64,000 nucleotides of DNA, taken from positions 475,643 through 539,642 of the forward strand of contig NZ_CP047901.1 in NCBI RefSeq assembly GCF_009936135.1. Direction: 5' to 3'. The translations under genes and the position numbers were made by a program. This stretch comes from Candidatus Chazhemtobacterium aquaticus. Lineage in GTDB: Bacteria; Patescibacteriota; Microgenomatia; UBA1400; Chazhemtobacteraceae. This document shows, one piece after another, positions 46,640 through 57,357 of this stretch; within the stretch, counting starts at the first letter, position 1; each line of letters starts with the position of its first letter. The notes below the pieces were generated by a model that saw only the letters and a list, made by a program, of their open reading frames with translations, searched no databases and was not told where the DNA came from.

Positions 46640-48076
46640 ATGATCTACTTTATCCTCCTCCTTGGTTTTATCTTCCGCCTTATCTTAATCAATCAAAGCT
46701 TCTGGCTTGATGAGGGTGCTTCACTAGTTATCAGCAACCGTCCCTTCACTGACATCTTTTCCTATCTCTCCACCGATTTCCATCCCCCTCTCCATTATCT
46801 AATCACCCACCTTACTTTAGAGCTAGGTTTCCGCTCCGAAGCTTTACTACGTCTCCCCAATGTCATCTTTGGCGTCTTGACCATCTATTTCCTCTATCTT
46901 CTCCTCGAGCTTCTTAATCACAAAGCCACTCTAAAAATCTTCTCTCGCAAGATTCCTCACTCACTCATAGCTGCCCTATTCTTAAGCCTTAATCCGCTTC
47001 ACATCTACTACTCTCAGGAACTACGCATGTACTCCCTCTCTGCCTTACTCGTTGTCCTCTCCTGGTACCTACTTGCACTCTTTATCAAAACCAAACGCCA
47101 TCTTCATTTAGGTGTGTTCACCCTTGTTTCTACCTTAAGCATCTACACCTTCTATGGAGGCTTTTTTAACCTCTTTGCTCAGCTTGTCTTTATCTTCATC
47201 TCCCATCGCCGTCTCTTGGTTCGCTTCTTGAGTTCTCTTCTGGTCACCCTCCTTCTCTTCCTTCCCTGGTTACCCACTCTCTTACTTCAGTTTCAGGGTA
47301 GTGCCTTCTTAAAGAGTCTGCCTGGTTGGGTAGAGATCTCAGGTCAGTTAGATCTTAAGTCTCTGCTGATGATTCCCGCCAAGTTTTCTTTTGGTCGCAT
47401 CAACTTCTCCGCCTCCAACAGCTTCCTTCTCTCGGGAGCCATCGTCACTCTCTACTATGTTTCCCTGGTTATCTTAAGTCTCAAGCGTCCAGTTAGTCGC
47501 CTCTTTCTTCTCTGGCTGGTTCTACCCATTGTTACAGCCGCCGTTCTTTCTCTCTTCTCTCCCATGCTTGGTTACTGGCGCTTCATCTATCTGGTTCCCG
47601 CCTTTACCACCCTCATGGCCTTAGGTTTACTGGCTCTTCCTCCCCGGCTAGCCATTTTTAATCTCTTTGTCATTATTTCCACTTCTCTACTGGCCAACCT
47701 CATCTTCTATATCACTCCCTCATTCCACAGAGAAGACTGGCGCTCCGCTTCCCAGTTTGCTTTGGATCAACAACAAACCCAAGGCGCCCAGCCCATCTTT
47801 GTTTTTGCCGACGCCTTTGCTCCGGTTCTCTGGTACGCTCCTGATCTTGTCTACACTGCTCCCCTAAAAGATCTAAACAATGACCCTATTCTACTAGACC
47901 AGCGTCTTTCTGATGGTACTGCTGGCAACTCAGATATTCTTTACTTTCATTACCTAGCCCAGATGACTGATCCCGGTCGCAACATCCCGACCTGGCTTGA
48001 TAACGCCGGCTATCACTTACTCACCACCTACGACTTTTCAGGAGTCGGTTTTGTTGATTATTACACCGCTAAGTAA
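46640..48076 (+). CDS. GT-C-fold membrane glycosyltransferase (ArnT/PMT-related).
   Basis: LINQSFWLDEGASLVISNRPF (DE motif). 11 or more TM segments. Confidence 0.6.
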   Translation: MIYFILLLGFIFRLILINQSFWLDEGASLVISNRPFTDIFSYLSTDFHPPLHYLITHLTLELGFRSEALLRLPNVIFGVLTIYFLYLLLELLNHKATLKIFSRKIPHSLIAALFLSLNPLHIYYSQELRMYSLSALLVVLSWYLLALFIKTKRHLHLGVFTLVSTLSIYTFYGGFFNLFAQLVFIFISHRRLLVRFLSSLLVTLLLFLPWLPTLLLQFQGSAFLKSLPGWVEISGQLDLKSLLMIPAKFSFGRINFSASNSFLLSGAIVTLYYVSLVILSLKRPVSRLFLLWLVLPIVTAAVLSLFSPMLGYWRFIYLVPAFTTLMALGLLALPPRLAIFNLFVIISTSLLANLIFYITPSFHREDWRSASQFALDQQQTQGAQPIFVFADAFAPVLWYAPDLVYTAPLKDLNNDPILLDQRLSDGTAGNSDILYFHYLAQMTDPGRNIPTWLDNAGYHLLTTYDFSGVGFVDYYTAK

Positions 48077-48088
48077 CTTTTTTACCTT

Positions 48089-49183
48089 ATGAAAATAGCC
48101 ATTGACGTTACCCAAGCCATCTACGGCACCGGAGTTTCCCAGTACACCCGCCACCTTGTTTCCGAGTTGCTAAAACTTAAAACCAAAGACTCTCTGATTC
48201 TTTTTGGCGGATCGCTTCGTCGCAAGGCCGAACTTGACCACTGGATTCGCCATCAATCAGGAGCTATAGGTAAGACCCATCGTCTCTCGCCCAAGATGGC
48301 TCATTTCCTCTGGAACACTCTTCATCTTTATCCAGTCGAGCGCATTACTGGTCTAGTTGACGTCATCCACACTTCCGACTGGGCCGAGCCACCAGCCAGA
48401 GCACCCAAAGTCACTACCATCCACGATCTGGCTATGTTCAAGGATCCTCAATACGTTCATCCGGAAGTTGGTCGGGTTCACCGTAAGCGGCTTTTCTGGG
48501 TTATTAAAGAATCAGCTCGCATCATCGCTGTCTCCCAGGCCACCAAGAACGACATCATTCGCTACCTTGAGGTAGATCCAGAGCGTATCGATGTTATCCC
48601 TGAAGCACCCACCTTGCCCCCTCCTACCCTAAACACTCAGGAAATCGTCACCAATCAGTTCCGCCGTCTCGGCATCACCAAGCCCTATATCTTAGTCCCC
48701 GGTTCCGGCCATCCCCGCAAAAACATTCATAAAGCTGTAGCTGCCTTTAAGCGTGCCAAGTTAGACCTCCTCCTCGTCATTGTCGGCCGCCCCAGTGAAG
48801 ACGAAGCCAAGCTGGCTTCTCCCTCAGTTATCTTTACCGGCTTTGTCTCCGATCTTGATATGGGCCTACTCACCTCTCAGGCCCAGGTTGTTCTCTTTCC
48901 TTCTCTCTACGAAGGTTTTGGTCTACCCGTTTTAGATGCGTTCGCCGCTTCAGTTCCAGTCGTTACCAGTGACACCAGCAGCCTGCCGGAAGTGGCTGGT
49001 CCAGCCGCCGTTTTGGTTAATCCCTTATCAGAAGAAAGTATTGCCGATGGTATAATCGAAGGTCTTGAGAACCGATCTGAATTAATCAGAAAAGGCCACC
49101 AGCAACTTAAGAAATTTAGCTGGCAAAAAACCGCCCGAATGACTCTCAAGCTCTACCAAGAAGTGGCCCAGAATCACCAATAA
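48089..49183 (+). CDS. Glycosyltransferase family 4.
   Basis: [35 protein letters not shown]. Confidence 0.75.
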   Translation: MKIAIDVTQAIYGTGVSQYTRHLVSELLKLKTKDSLILFGGSLRRKAELDHWIRHQSGAIGKTHRLSPKMAHFLWNTLHLYPVERITGLVDVIHTSDWAEPPARAPKVTTIHDLAMFKDPQYVHPEVGRVHRKRLFWVIKESARIIAVSQATKNDIIRYLEVDPERIDVIPEAPTLPPPTLNTQEIVTNQFRRLGITKPYILVPGSGHPRKNIHKAVAAFKRAKLDLLLVIVGRPSEDEAKLASPSVIFTGFVSDLDMGLLTSQAQVVLFPSLYEGFGLPVLDAFAASVPVVTSDTSSLPEVAGPAAVLVNPLSEESIADGIIEGLENRSELIRKGHQQLKKFSWQKTARMTLKLYQEVAQNHQ

Positions 49184-49193
49184 CCATATATAT

Positions 49194-50300
49194 ATGTTAA
49201 TTGCCATCGACGGAAACGAAGCCAACATCTCCCAACGAGTCGGTGTCAATCAGGTTGCTTTTGAGCTACTCCACCATCTAGCCAAACTAAAAACCAAGCA
49301 CAAATTTGTTGTTTTCTTAAAAAATCGCCCCCTGCCTGATCTGCCTCCTACCTCCAACAACTTTACCTACGAGGTCTTTGGTCCCACCAAAGCCTGGGTC
49401 TTAACTGGTCTTACCATGCGTCTGCTTCGCTCCCCTCGTCCTGACGTGCTCTTTACTCCCAGCCACTATATCCCCCTAGTCTCTCCGGTTAAGCGAGTCT
49501 TTGCCATTATGGACCTTTCTTACGAAAAATTTGGGGCAGAGTACTTTACCCAATACGATCTAAATCAACTTCGCCGCTGGACCGCTCAATCCGCCAAAAA
49601 AGCCAAAAGAATCATCACCATCAGCGAGTACACCAAGAAAGACATTGTTGAGATTTACAATACCTCACCTGACAAGATTGATGTTGTCTATCCAGGCTAC
49701 GACCAGGAGCTATTCCATCCCCGCATTCCCTTAACCAAACAACAACAAGTTCGCCAAAAATATGGCATCACCGGCAAGTATTTTGTCTACGTTGGTACTC
49801 TCCAGCCTAGAAAAAACATCGCCAATCTCATCAAGGCCTTTTCTCGTCTGGGTGGTGGCACTAAACTAGTCATAGTCGGTAAAAAGGGCTGGTTGTTCGA
49901 GGAGATCTTCAAGGTCGTCAAGCGCTACAAGTTGGAGAAGAAAGTTATCTTCACCGGTTTTGTCGAAAGTAGCGATCTGCCTGCTCTCTACAAGTCCTCT
50001 GTCGCATACGTTCTCCCCTCACTTTATGAAGGCTTTGGCATCCCCGTTATCGAAGCTCAAGCTTGTGGAGCTCTTACCGTTGTTTCTCGTGTCAGCAGTT
50101 TACCTGAGGTAGCCGGAGACGCCGCCATCTATATTAACAACCCCCATTCTGTTGATCAGATTGCCGAGAGCTTAAGGGAAGCCTTATCCCTACCCCGTCT
50201 TAAGCGGGCACAGCGGATTAAGCAAGGCAAGCAAAACGCCACTCGTTTCTCTTGGGACAAAGCCGCCCAAAAAACGCTTAAAATCCTTACCAGTCTTTAA
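49194..50300 (+). CDS. Glycosyltransferase family 4.
   Basis: [35 protein letters not shown]. Confidence 0.75.
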   Translation: MLIAIDGNEANISQRVGVNQVAFELLHHLAKLKTKHKFVVFLKNRPLPDLPPTSNNFTYEVFGPTKAWVLTGLTMRLLRSPRPDVLFTPSHYIPLVSPVKRVFAIMDLSYEKFGAEYFTQYDLNQLRRWTAQSAKKAKRIITISEYTKKDIVEIYNTSPDKIDVVYPGYDQELFHPRIPLTKQQQVRQKYGITGKYFVYVGTLQPRKNIANLIKAFSRLGGGTKLVIVGKKGWLFEEIFKVVKRYKLEKKVIFTGFVESSDLPALYKSSVAYVLPSLYEGFGIPVIEAQACGALTVVSRVSSLPEVAGDAAIYINNPHSVDQIAESLREALSLPRLKRAQRIKQGKQNATRFSWDKAAQKTLKILTSL

Positions 50301-50320
50301 TTACTGTTAGAATACCAGAT

Positions 50321-50956
50321 ATGAAAATCGCCAATCTTAAAATCACCTCCCAAGGCTTCCAGTTTGTTGACAAACAGGGCAAATCTCTTTCGCTCAATGT
50401 GGCCATCGGCAAGATTATTAACCGTTTCTTTAGCTATTTTCTCGATTTCGAGTTAATGCTTTTAAACTACGTCGGTCACATACCCATTCATTTCCTCCGC
50501 CATTCTATCTACCGTCTTTCTGGCCTACAACTCCATCCTTCCTCCACTATCCACACTGGCGCCCGTTTCTTCAACCCCCGCCGTATCAAAATCGGAGAGG
50601 ATACCATCATTGGTTACCGTGCTTTTCTTGATGGCCGTGCCCCCTTAACCATTGGTTCTCATGTCGATATTGCCTCTGAAGTCATGATCTACAACTCAGA
50701 ACACGACGTTCACTCCACTGATATGAAAGCCATTGAGGAACCAGTAAAAATCGAGGATTACGTTTTTATCGGTCCCCGAGTCATCATCATGCCCGGCGTC
50801 ACTGTTGGCAAAGGTGCGGTTATTGCCGGTGGGGCGGTCGTCACCAAAGACGTTCCACCAGGGTCTATAGTTGGCGGAGTTCCTGCCAAGGTCATCGGTG
50901 AACGTCGTCTCAGGAAGTTCAACTATCATCTTGGCCGCCCCCGACTCTTCCAATAG
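50321..50956 (+). CDS. Hexapeptide-repeat (LbH) sugar O-acetyltransferase.
   Basis: Tandem hexapeptide repeats: [15 protein letters not shown]...[14 protein letters not shown]...[25 protein letters not shown]. Confidence 0.7.
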   Translation: MKIANLKITSQGFQFVDKQGKSLSLNVAIGKIINRFFSYFLDFELMLLNYVGHIPIHFLRHSIYRLSGLQLHPSSTIHTGARFFNPRRIKIGEDTIIGYRAFLDGRAPLTIGSHVDIASEVMIYNSEHDVHSTDMKAIEEPVKIEDYVFIGPRVIIMPGVTVGKGAVIAGGAVVTKDVPPGSIVGGVPAKVIGERRLRKFNYHLGRPRLFQ

Positions 50957-50981
50957 CCTTAAAATGCTATTATCTACCTAA

Positions 50982-51557
50982 ATGAAGCTCCTCACTCGAC
51001 TTCTCATCCTTTTTCTCTATCTTTCAGGTTTAGTCTATCTCGCCCTTCCCCAACCCGAGGTGGTAGCTTTACCCAATGCTCTTCGCTCCACTGAGCCAGG
51101 CGACACCTGGCAAAACCCAGATCAATCTGCCTATTACACTAACCTTGGTAGAAGCGAAGTTCTAGAGTTCTATCAAGACACCTTCTCGCTTAATCTTTTT
51201 GGACTAACCCTGCCCTCATATCGCCTCAATTACCCCCCTGAGGACAGTCGTGTCTACGTCCGTGATCACCTACTTACCTATTACCTTGAGGAAATCAATC
51301 ACCCCTTAAGAGAAAGCCTTTTTGTTGCGGGCTGGAATCCTAGGTTAAGCCCCATCTCCAACTATCTCTTTGACTCACAGTACGACCGCTGGGCCATGGT
51401 CATCGATGGTGTTGAGTACCAATCAAAAGTCACTCTAAAACCTTACTACTCCTCTCCCTATACCCGTTTCTTTATCTGGACTAGTATCTTCCCCCTCACC
51501 TATCTTGTCTTCAATCATTTCCGTCTCTCACTCAAACGCCTACTTAGCTTAAGGTAA
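50982..51557 (+). CDS. Membrane-anchored hypothetical protein.
   Basis: N-terminal TM/signal (LLILFLYLSGLVYLAL) and a C-terminal TM. No recognisable motif. Confidence 0.4.
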   Translation: MKLLTRLLILFLYLSGLVYLALPQPEVVALPNALRSTEPGDTWQNPDQSAYYTNLGRSEVLEFYQDTFSLNLFGLTLPSYRLNYPPEDSRVYVRDHLLTYYLEEINHPLRESLFVAGWNPRLSPISNYLFDSQYDRWAMVIDGVEYQSKVTLKPYYSSPYTRFFIWTSIFPLTYLVFNHFRLSLKRLLSLR

Positions 51558-51562
51558 TCTCT

Positions 51563-52453
51563 ATGAAACTAGACCTTTCCATCATCATCGTTTCCTACAA
51601 CACCAAAAAATATCTGCGTGATTGTCTTAACTCCTTATATTCCAACACCAAGGGAGTTAAATTCGAGGTCATCGTCGTCGACAACCACTCCACCGACGGT
51701 TCTCAACAAATGCTTGCTAAGCACTTTCCCAAAGTAAAGTTGATTAAAAGTGAGCAAAACCTAGGCTTTGGTAGAGCCAATAACTTAGGCGCCAAACAAG
51801 CCAAAGGTAAATATCTGCTTTTCTTAAATCCAGATACTCTCATCACCCCCGATTCAATAAAGGAAAGTGTCAAGTTAGCAGACCAGACTTCCAAGTTAGG
51901 AGCCTTAACTATCCGCCTCCTTTTTGCTGATGGCACCATCCAGCCTACTGGTGGTTACTTTCCCACATTGCTCCGCCTGTTTGCTTGGCACACCGCTCTT
52001 GATGAGCTGCCGGTACTAAAGCACTTGATTGGCCCCATTCATCCCCCCGCTTCCTTTTATACCCACTCCTTTGAGCCTGACTGGATCACTGGCGCCTTCA
52101 TGCTTATACCATCCCCAGTCTTTAACAAGGTAAGCGGTTTTGATGAACACATCTTTATGTATGGTGAGGATCTAGAGCTCTGCTACCGACTTAAACAGCT
52201 TGGGTACAAGGTTATCTACTCCAGCTCTCCTTCCATCACCCACCTGCAATCCAAGGCCTCCTCATCTCAGTTTGCTCTCATCTCAGAGATTACTGGTATC
52301 AAGTATTTTTACAAAAAACACAAACCTTCCTGGCAGCTGCCGTTAGTCAATATCATTTTCAAGCTCGGCTCATTGCTGCGGCTATTACTCTTTGGGATAA
52401 TACTAGGCGATGACGCCAAAAAACAAGCCTACCACCAAGCGCTCAAACTCTAA
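51563..52453 (+). CDS. Glycosyltransferase family 2.
   Basis: LSIIIVSYNTKKYLRDCLNSL...VIVVDNHSTDGS...NLGFGRANNLG...LLFLNPDT. Confidence 0.75.
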   Translation: MKLDLSIIIVSYNTKKYLRDCLNSLYSNTKGVKFEVIVVDNHSTDGSQQMLAKHFPKVKLIKSEQNLGFGRANNLGAKQAKGKYLLFLNPDTLITPDSIKESVKLADQTSKLGALTIRLLFADGTIQPTGGYFPTLLRLFAWHTALDELPVLKHLIGPIHPPASFYTHSFEPDWITGAFMLIPSPVFNKVSGFDEHIFMYGEDLELCYRLKQLGYKVIYSSSPSITHLQSKASSSQFALISEITGIKYFYKKHKPSWQLPLVNIIFKLGSLLRLLLFGIILGDDAKKQAYHQALKL

Positions 52454-53822
52454 CAACTCCTTGCTAGAGTCTCTGCTTAAATACACCTTCGCGGCCCTCC
52501 TTATTTTTATTCCGCTCTACCCCAAGTTTCCCTTGTTTAATGTTCCTGGCACCTATGTTGCCGTCAGAGCCGAGGATTTCATCATTGCCCTACTGGCTCT
52601 TCTCCTCCTCCTCCTCCTATTACTCCGCCCTTACTTCAAGTTTTTTACCAAAAGCCCCACCGCCAAAGCTATCCTGGTTTTTTGGTTAGTTGCTTTTTTT
52701 GCCACTCTAAGCGGTGTTTTCTTAACCAAAACCACCCCTCTATCTCTGGGTCTGCTTCACTGGGCCAGGCGAGTCGAGTACACCATTCCTTTCTTTGCCG
52801 GTTTACTACTTGCCAGAAACAAAGACAACCTACTTTTCTTTGTTAAGCTAATTCCCTTAATCGCTCTGGCCGTCTTTGTTTATGGCCTAGCTCAGATCTA
52901 CTTAAATGCACCCGTTATCTCCACCCAGAGTGCCGAGTACTCCACTGGTATCGCCTTAACCCTTCAGCCAGGTGTTAACCTCTCCTCCACCTTTGCCGGT
53001 CACTACGATTTAGCTACCTACCTCACCATGACCCTAAGTCTATCTGCTGGTCTACTTCTTCTCTTCCGTCGCCATTTACCTCGATTGCTTGGTGTTACCT
53101 TCTTACTCATTCTCTTCTGGTTGCAACTACGCACCGGCTCTCGCATTGCTTTCGGTGCTACCGTTCTATCATTGAGTCTAGTTTTCCTACTTGGTAAGAA
53201 GCCTCTCTGGATTATCCCTGTTTTTCTAGTTGCTTTTGTTGGTTTGGTTAACACTCCCAGCATCTCTGATCGCTTCGGCAATCTCTTTGATGTTTTTAAA
53301 TTCTCCCGCTTCCAGGATCAGGTCAAAGGCTTGATGGACTCTCGTACCCAGCTACTCATCCCTCCTCTCTATGCAGCTGACGCCAGCCCTTCATCCACTC
53401 CCAAGCCCACCCCCATCGAAAACAAACGAGCCATCCAAGAAGACCGCTCCACCTCGATTCGTCTTGATGTTGAGTGGCCCAGAGCCTTAAGAGCTCTCAA
53501 GAAAAATCCCTTCTTTGGTACTGGTTATGCCTCCATCTCACTCGCTACCGACAATGATTACCTAAGAGCTTTAGGCGAAACCGGACTCCTTGGCTTCATT
53601 GCCCTCATCACCATCATCATCAATATCATTACTGATCTCCTCTCTAATCTAAAGAAAAAACTGTCTTCTCTCGAACGTTTTTATAGCCTAGGTACTTTAG
53701 GCCTAGTCATTGGCTTTCTAATTATCGCCACCTTTATCGACGTCTTTGAAGCTAGCAAAGTAGCCACCCTCTTTTGGATGTATACTGGCCTAGCCTCTGG
53801 TATTGCTCTCAAACACTCATGA
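52410..53822 (+). CDS. O-antigen ligase / Wzy-like polymerase family membrane protein.
   Basis: About 10 TM plus the Wzy_C-type loop with FGTGYASISLATDNDYLRALGETGLLGF. The start is ambiguous: the ATG at 52410 overlaps the upstream gene by 44 nt. Confidence 0.55.
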   Translation: MTPKNKPTTKRSNSNNSLLESLLKYTFAALLIFIPLYPKFPLFNVPGTYVAVRAEDFIIALLALLLLLLLLLRPYFKFFTKSPTAKAILVFWLVAFFATLSGVFLTKTTPLSLGLLHWARRVEYTIPFFAGLLLARNKDNLLFFVKLIPLIALAVFVYGLAQIYLNAPVISTQSAEYSTGIALTLQPGVNLSSTFAGHYDLATYLTMTLSLSAGLLLLFRRHLPRLLGVTFLLILFWLQLRTGSRIAFGATVLSLSLVFLLGKKPLWIIPVFLVAFVGLVNTPSISDRFGNLFDVFKFSRFQDQVKGLMDSRTQLLIPPLYAADASPSSTPKPTPIENKRAIQEDRSTSIRLDVEWPRALRALKKNPFFGTGYASISLATDNDYLRALGETGLLGFIALITIIINIITDLLSNLKKKLSSLERFYSLGTLGLVIGFLIIATFIDVFEASKVATLFWMYTGLASGIALKHS

Positions 53823-55246
53823 AACACAAAATCTTACTCATCCTTATCCTTCTACTTGCCCTTATCTTACGTTGGTACAAAATCGATAATCCTTTAGCTG
53901 ACTGGCACTCCTGGCGTCAGGCCGATACTGCCTCTGTTTCTCAGGAATACCTAAAAAACGGTATTGATTTGCTTCACCCTCGCTTCCACGATCTTTCCTC
54001 CTTCCCTTCTGATATTGATAACCCACAAGGCTATCGCATGGCCGAGTTTCCCCTCTACAATGCCATCCACGCTTTTATAGCCGGCAACTTTACTACCTTT
54101 GATCTTGATCAATGGGGCAGAGTCCTCTCCATTGTCTACTCCCTTATCTCCATCATCTTTCTCTACGCCCTAGTCTCACTCCTAACTGATCGTTACACCG
54201 GTCTGTTATCAGCCTTCTTTATGGCCGTTCTCCCTTTCAGTATTTACTACTCGAGGGTTGTTCTACCCGATCCCTTAATGATTACCCTTACTCTGGCTGG
54301 TTCATATTACTTTGTTAAAGCTACCCGTCAGCCCAACCTCGCCCATTTCTTCCTATCAAGCACCCTGCTTGCCTTTGCCTTACTGGTCAAGCCCTATGCC
54401 GTCTTTTACTTTCTCCCTTTAGTCTGGTTAGGTCTTATTACCTGGGGTTTCAAGCTTTTGCTTAAACCCTCCACCTACATCTTCCTTATCATTGTTTTTG
54501 CTCCCTTAATTCTCTGGCGTCTCTGGATTCAACAGTTCCCTGAAGGCATCCCAAGCAATCTCTGGCTCTACAACTACATGAACATCCGCCTTCGTCCCGC
54601 CTGGTGGCGCTGGCTCTTTTACGAACGGCTCTCTCTCTTGATTCTCGGCGCTTTTGGCTTACTGCCTTTCCTCACTGGTCTAGTCACCAAACTCAAACCC
54701 AAAGAACACTATTTCTTCCATCTTTGGTTGGTTGGCATCTTTGCCTACCTAGTTATATTCGCTGGTGGCAATGTCACTCACGACTACTACCAAGCCATCA
54801 CCATTCCCGTTCTGGCCGTCTTCTTAGCTAAAGGCACCCTTTTTCTAGTTAAACCTAACCCATCTTTAATCTGGCCCTTTACACCTCTGCTTGTTTCAGC
54901 CTGTATCGCTCTCTCCCTTGCTTTTTCCTGGTATCAAATCAAAGGTTACTACCAAGTCAACAACTGGAGTATTGTTGAGGCTGGTATCAGAGCTGACAAA
55001 CTTCTCCCTGCCGATGCCAAGGTCATTGCTCCCTACAATGGCGACACTGCTTTCTTATATCAAACCAGACGTTCTGGCTGGCCCATCTCCTTCTGGGGTA
55101 TTCCATACCTGCTTGAGCGAGGTGCTACCCACTACGTCTCGGTCAACTTTGATGACCAAACCAACCAGGTCATCAGTGATCCCAACAACACCATTCTTGA
55201 ACAAACTGACCGTTATGTAATTGTTGAATTAAACCAAAACAAATGA
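53819..55246 (+). CDS. GT-C-fold polytopic membrane glycosyltransferase-like protein.
   Basis: ATG at 53819 (MKHKILLIL) overlaps the upstream stop (ATGA). First-loop motif DNPLADWHSWRQADTA. 11 or more TM. Confidence 0.5.
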   Translation: MKHKILLILILLLALILRWYKIDNPLADWHSWRQADTASVSQEYLKNGIDLLHPRFHDLSSFPSDIDNPQGYRMAEFPLYNAIHAFIAGNFTTFDLDQWGRVLSIVYSLISIIFLYALVSLLTDRYTGLLSAFFMAVLPFSIYYSRVVLPDPLMITLTLAGSYYFVKATRQPNLAHFFLSSTLLAFALLVKPYAVFYFLPLVWLGLITWGFKLLLKPSTYIFLIIVFAPLILWRLWIQQFPEGIPSNLWLYNYMNIRLRPAWWRWLFYERLSLLILGAFGLLPFLTGLVTKLKPKEHYFFHLWLVGIFAYLVIFAGGNVTHDYYQAITIPVLAVFLAKGTLFLVKPNPSLIWPFTPLLVSACIALSLAFSWYQIKGYYQVNNWSIVEAGIRADKLLPADAKVIAPYNGDTAFLYQTRRSGWPISFWGIPYLLERGATHYVSVNFDDQTNQVISDPNNTILEQTDRYVIVELNQNK

Positions 55247-56454
55247 AAATCTTAATGCTCACCCCATATCTTCCATATCCAGACTCTTCTGGTGGACAGA
55301 TCCGCACTCAGAATTTACTGAAACACCTCAAGAAAAAACATGACATCACCCTAGTTTCTTTAATTAAAGACCCGACCGAAACACAATATATCCCAATTTT
55401 AGAAAAAAACTTTTGCAAAAAAGTTAAGGTCTGTCTGCGTTCCCGTAAGCCTTTTACGCTAAAAAACATCATCAAAACCGGTTTTTCGCTTCAGCCATTC
55501 TTAGTTGTTCGCAATTTTTCCAAGCAAGCCCAGCAAGCCATTGCCTACGAGCTAGCCAACAATCATTACGACCTCATCCATGTCGAGACTTTTTACGCCA
55601 TGCCTCACATTCCCTCCGGAACAAAAGTTCCAGTCGTATTGGTTGATCAGACCATTGAGTTCAAGGTCTACCAGCACTATGTTAAGGAAGTTGCCCCGCT
55701 ACCTCTACGACCTCTTCTAAACATTGATGTTCTAAAATTAAAGCACTGGGAACGCTTCTACTGGCGTCGGGCCAATCGGGTTATTGCTGTGTCCGACAAA
55801 GACAAGGAAGAAATCTTAAGACTAGAACCAAATCTTCGCGTTGATATTGTTCCCAATGGAGTCAATCTTGATTTCTTCAAACAAAAAACATCCTGGAAAA
55901 CCAGCAAACCGACCATCCTCTTTGTCGGTAATTTCCATTGGCTTCAAAATATTGAAGCAGCCCAGACTTTAATCACCAAGATCCTGCCTTTAGTTAAGAA
56001 AAAACTCCCCCAAGCTCGTGTCTGGATTGTTGGTCAGCACCAACCCGATTCGCTAAAAGCCTTGGCCTCCGACTCTGTCTTAATCTCAGATATTGCCGAA
56101 GATGATGCCGACAGTATTGTCAAAGCCTACAAAGAGGCTGATATTTTTTGTACTCCCATTAAAGGCCCAGGTGGCACCAGATTGAAAAATCTAGCTGCTA
56201 TGGCCAGTCGTCTTCCCATTGTCAGTTCATCTGTTGGTATGGCTGGCTTAGGTATTAATCCAGGCGAACATGCCATTATTACCGACTCACCCAAATCCAT
56301 GGCTACTGCCATCATTGATCTAGTAAACAACCCCAAAAAAGCCGAGTCACTCACTCTCGCTTCTCGCCGTTATGTCGAGCAAAACTTTAGTTATCAGGTC
56401 ATTGCTGATAAACTAAGTCGCATCTATCAGCAAGTATCCAGCCAGACACCATGA
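55243..56454 (+). CDS. Glycosyltransferase family 4.
   Basis: N-terminal MKILMLTPYLPYPDSSGGQIRTQNLLKHL and a C-terminal GT-B domain. Confidence 0.7.
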   Translation: MKILMLTPYLPYPDSSGGQIRTQNLLKHLKKKHDITLVSLIKDPTETQYIPILEKNFCKKVKVCLRSRKPFTLKNIIKTGFSLQPFLVVRNFSKQAQQAIAYELANNHYDLIHVETFYAMPHIPSGTKVPVVLVDQTIEFKVYQHYVKEVAPLPLRPLLNIDVLKLKHWERFYWRRANRVIAVSDKDKEEILRLEPNLRVDIVPNGVNLDFFKQKTSWKTSKPTILFVGNFHWLQNIEAAQTLITKILPLVKKKLPQARVWIVGQHQPDSLKALASDSVLISDIAEDDADSIVKAYKEADIFCTPIKGPGGTRLKNLAAMASRLPIVSSSVGMAGLGINPGEHAIITDSPKSMATAIIDLVNNPKKAESLTLASRRYVEQNFSYQVIADKLSRIYQQVSSQTP

Positions 56455-57350
56455 GCCTGTCTATCATCATCGTCTCCTACAACACCAAGCAGCTGCTATC
56501 AGACTGCCTCAAATCAGTCTATAAATCTCAGAGTCCCAAAGATGGTCTCGAGGTTATAGTTGTTGATAATAACTCGCCTGATGACTCAGTCCAAATGGTC
56601 GAGGCGGATTTTCCCCAAGTTAAATTAATTGCCAATCAAGACAACAAAGGTTTTGCTGCTGCCAACAATCAGGCTGCCGCCATCGCCCAAGGCAAATACT
56701 TGCTCTTTCTAAACTCAGACACCAAGCTTACTCCTCACGCCTTAGTCAAACCTTTAAAATATCTCCGCACTCACCAGGATGTTGGTGCCATCACCGTCAA
56801 GCTACTTTTACCCACTGGCCAGATCGATCTTGATAATCACCGAGGTTTCCCCACTCCCTGGACTGCTCTTACCAAGATGTTAAGACTAAATACCCTCTTT
56901 CCCAATAGTCGTCTCTTTAACAACTACTACCAAAGCTACAAAGGCTACGACCGTATTCACTCCATCGATGTGGCCGCTGGTTCCTACATCATGCTCTCCA
57001 AAAAACTTTTCGACAAAATTGGCGGTTGGGACGAGAGCTACTTCTTTTACGGAGAAGATATCGACCTCTGCTACCGCATTCGCCAAACTGGCAAAAAAAT
57101 CATCTACTATCCCAAAGTCACTACCATCCATTACAAAGGTGCCAGCTCTGGCTTAAGAAAAGAATCAGCCAACAAAGCTCGTCCGCCCAAGGCCACTCGC
57201 ATCAAGGTGGCCAAGGCCTCGACCCAGGCCATGAAAATTTTCTATCGCAAGTTCTATCAAAACCAGTACCCCTTCTTCATCACCTACCCCATCCTTCTAG
57301 CCATCACCCTGCTTGGCTGGCTTAGAGTTATCAAGCACCAACTAACTTAA
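56451..57350 (+). CDS. Glycosyltransferase family 2.
   Basis: LSIIIVSYNTKQLLSDCLKSV...VIVVDNNSPDDS...NKGFAAANNQA...LLFLNSDT. Confidence 0.75.
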   Translation: MSLSIIIVSYNTKQLLSDCLKSVYKSQSPKDGLEVIVVDNNSPDDSVQMVEADFPQVKLIANQDNKGFAAANNQAAAIAQGKYLLFLNSDTKLTPHALVKPLKYLRTHQDVGAITVKLLLPTGQIDLDNHRGFPTPWTALTKMLRLNTLFPNSRLFNNYYQSYKGYDRIHSIDVAAGSYIMLSKKLFDKIGGWDESYFFYGEDIDLCYRIRQTGKKIIYYPKVTTIHYKGASSGLRKESANKARPPKATRIKVAKASTQAMKIFYRKFYQNQYPFFITYPILLAITLLGWLRVIKHQLT

Positions 57351-57357
57351 GTAGTTT

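Noticed and set aside
52598-52618. (CTC)n trinucleotide run as a phase-variation site
   Set aside because: It is in-frame poly-Leu within a TM helix of the ligase-like protein. Copy changes would not shift the frame, so it is probably a codon-composition effect.
53774-53818. TTG start (MDVYWPSLWY) for the GT-C gene
   Set aside because: It overlaps the ligase-like gene by 49 nt. The ATG at 53819 forms an ATGA stop/start junction and begins with MKHK plus a TM.
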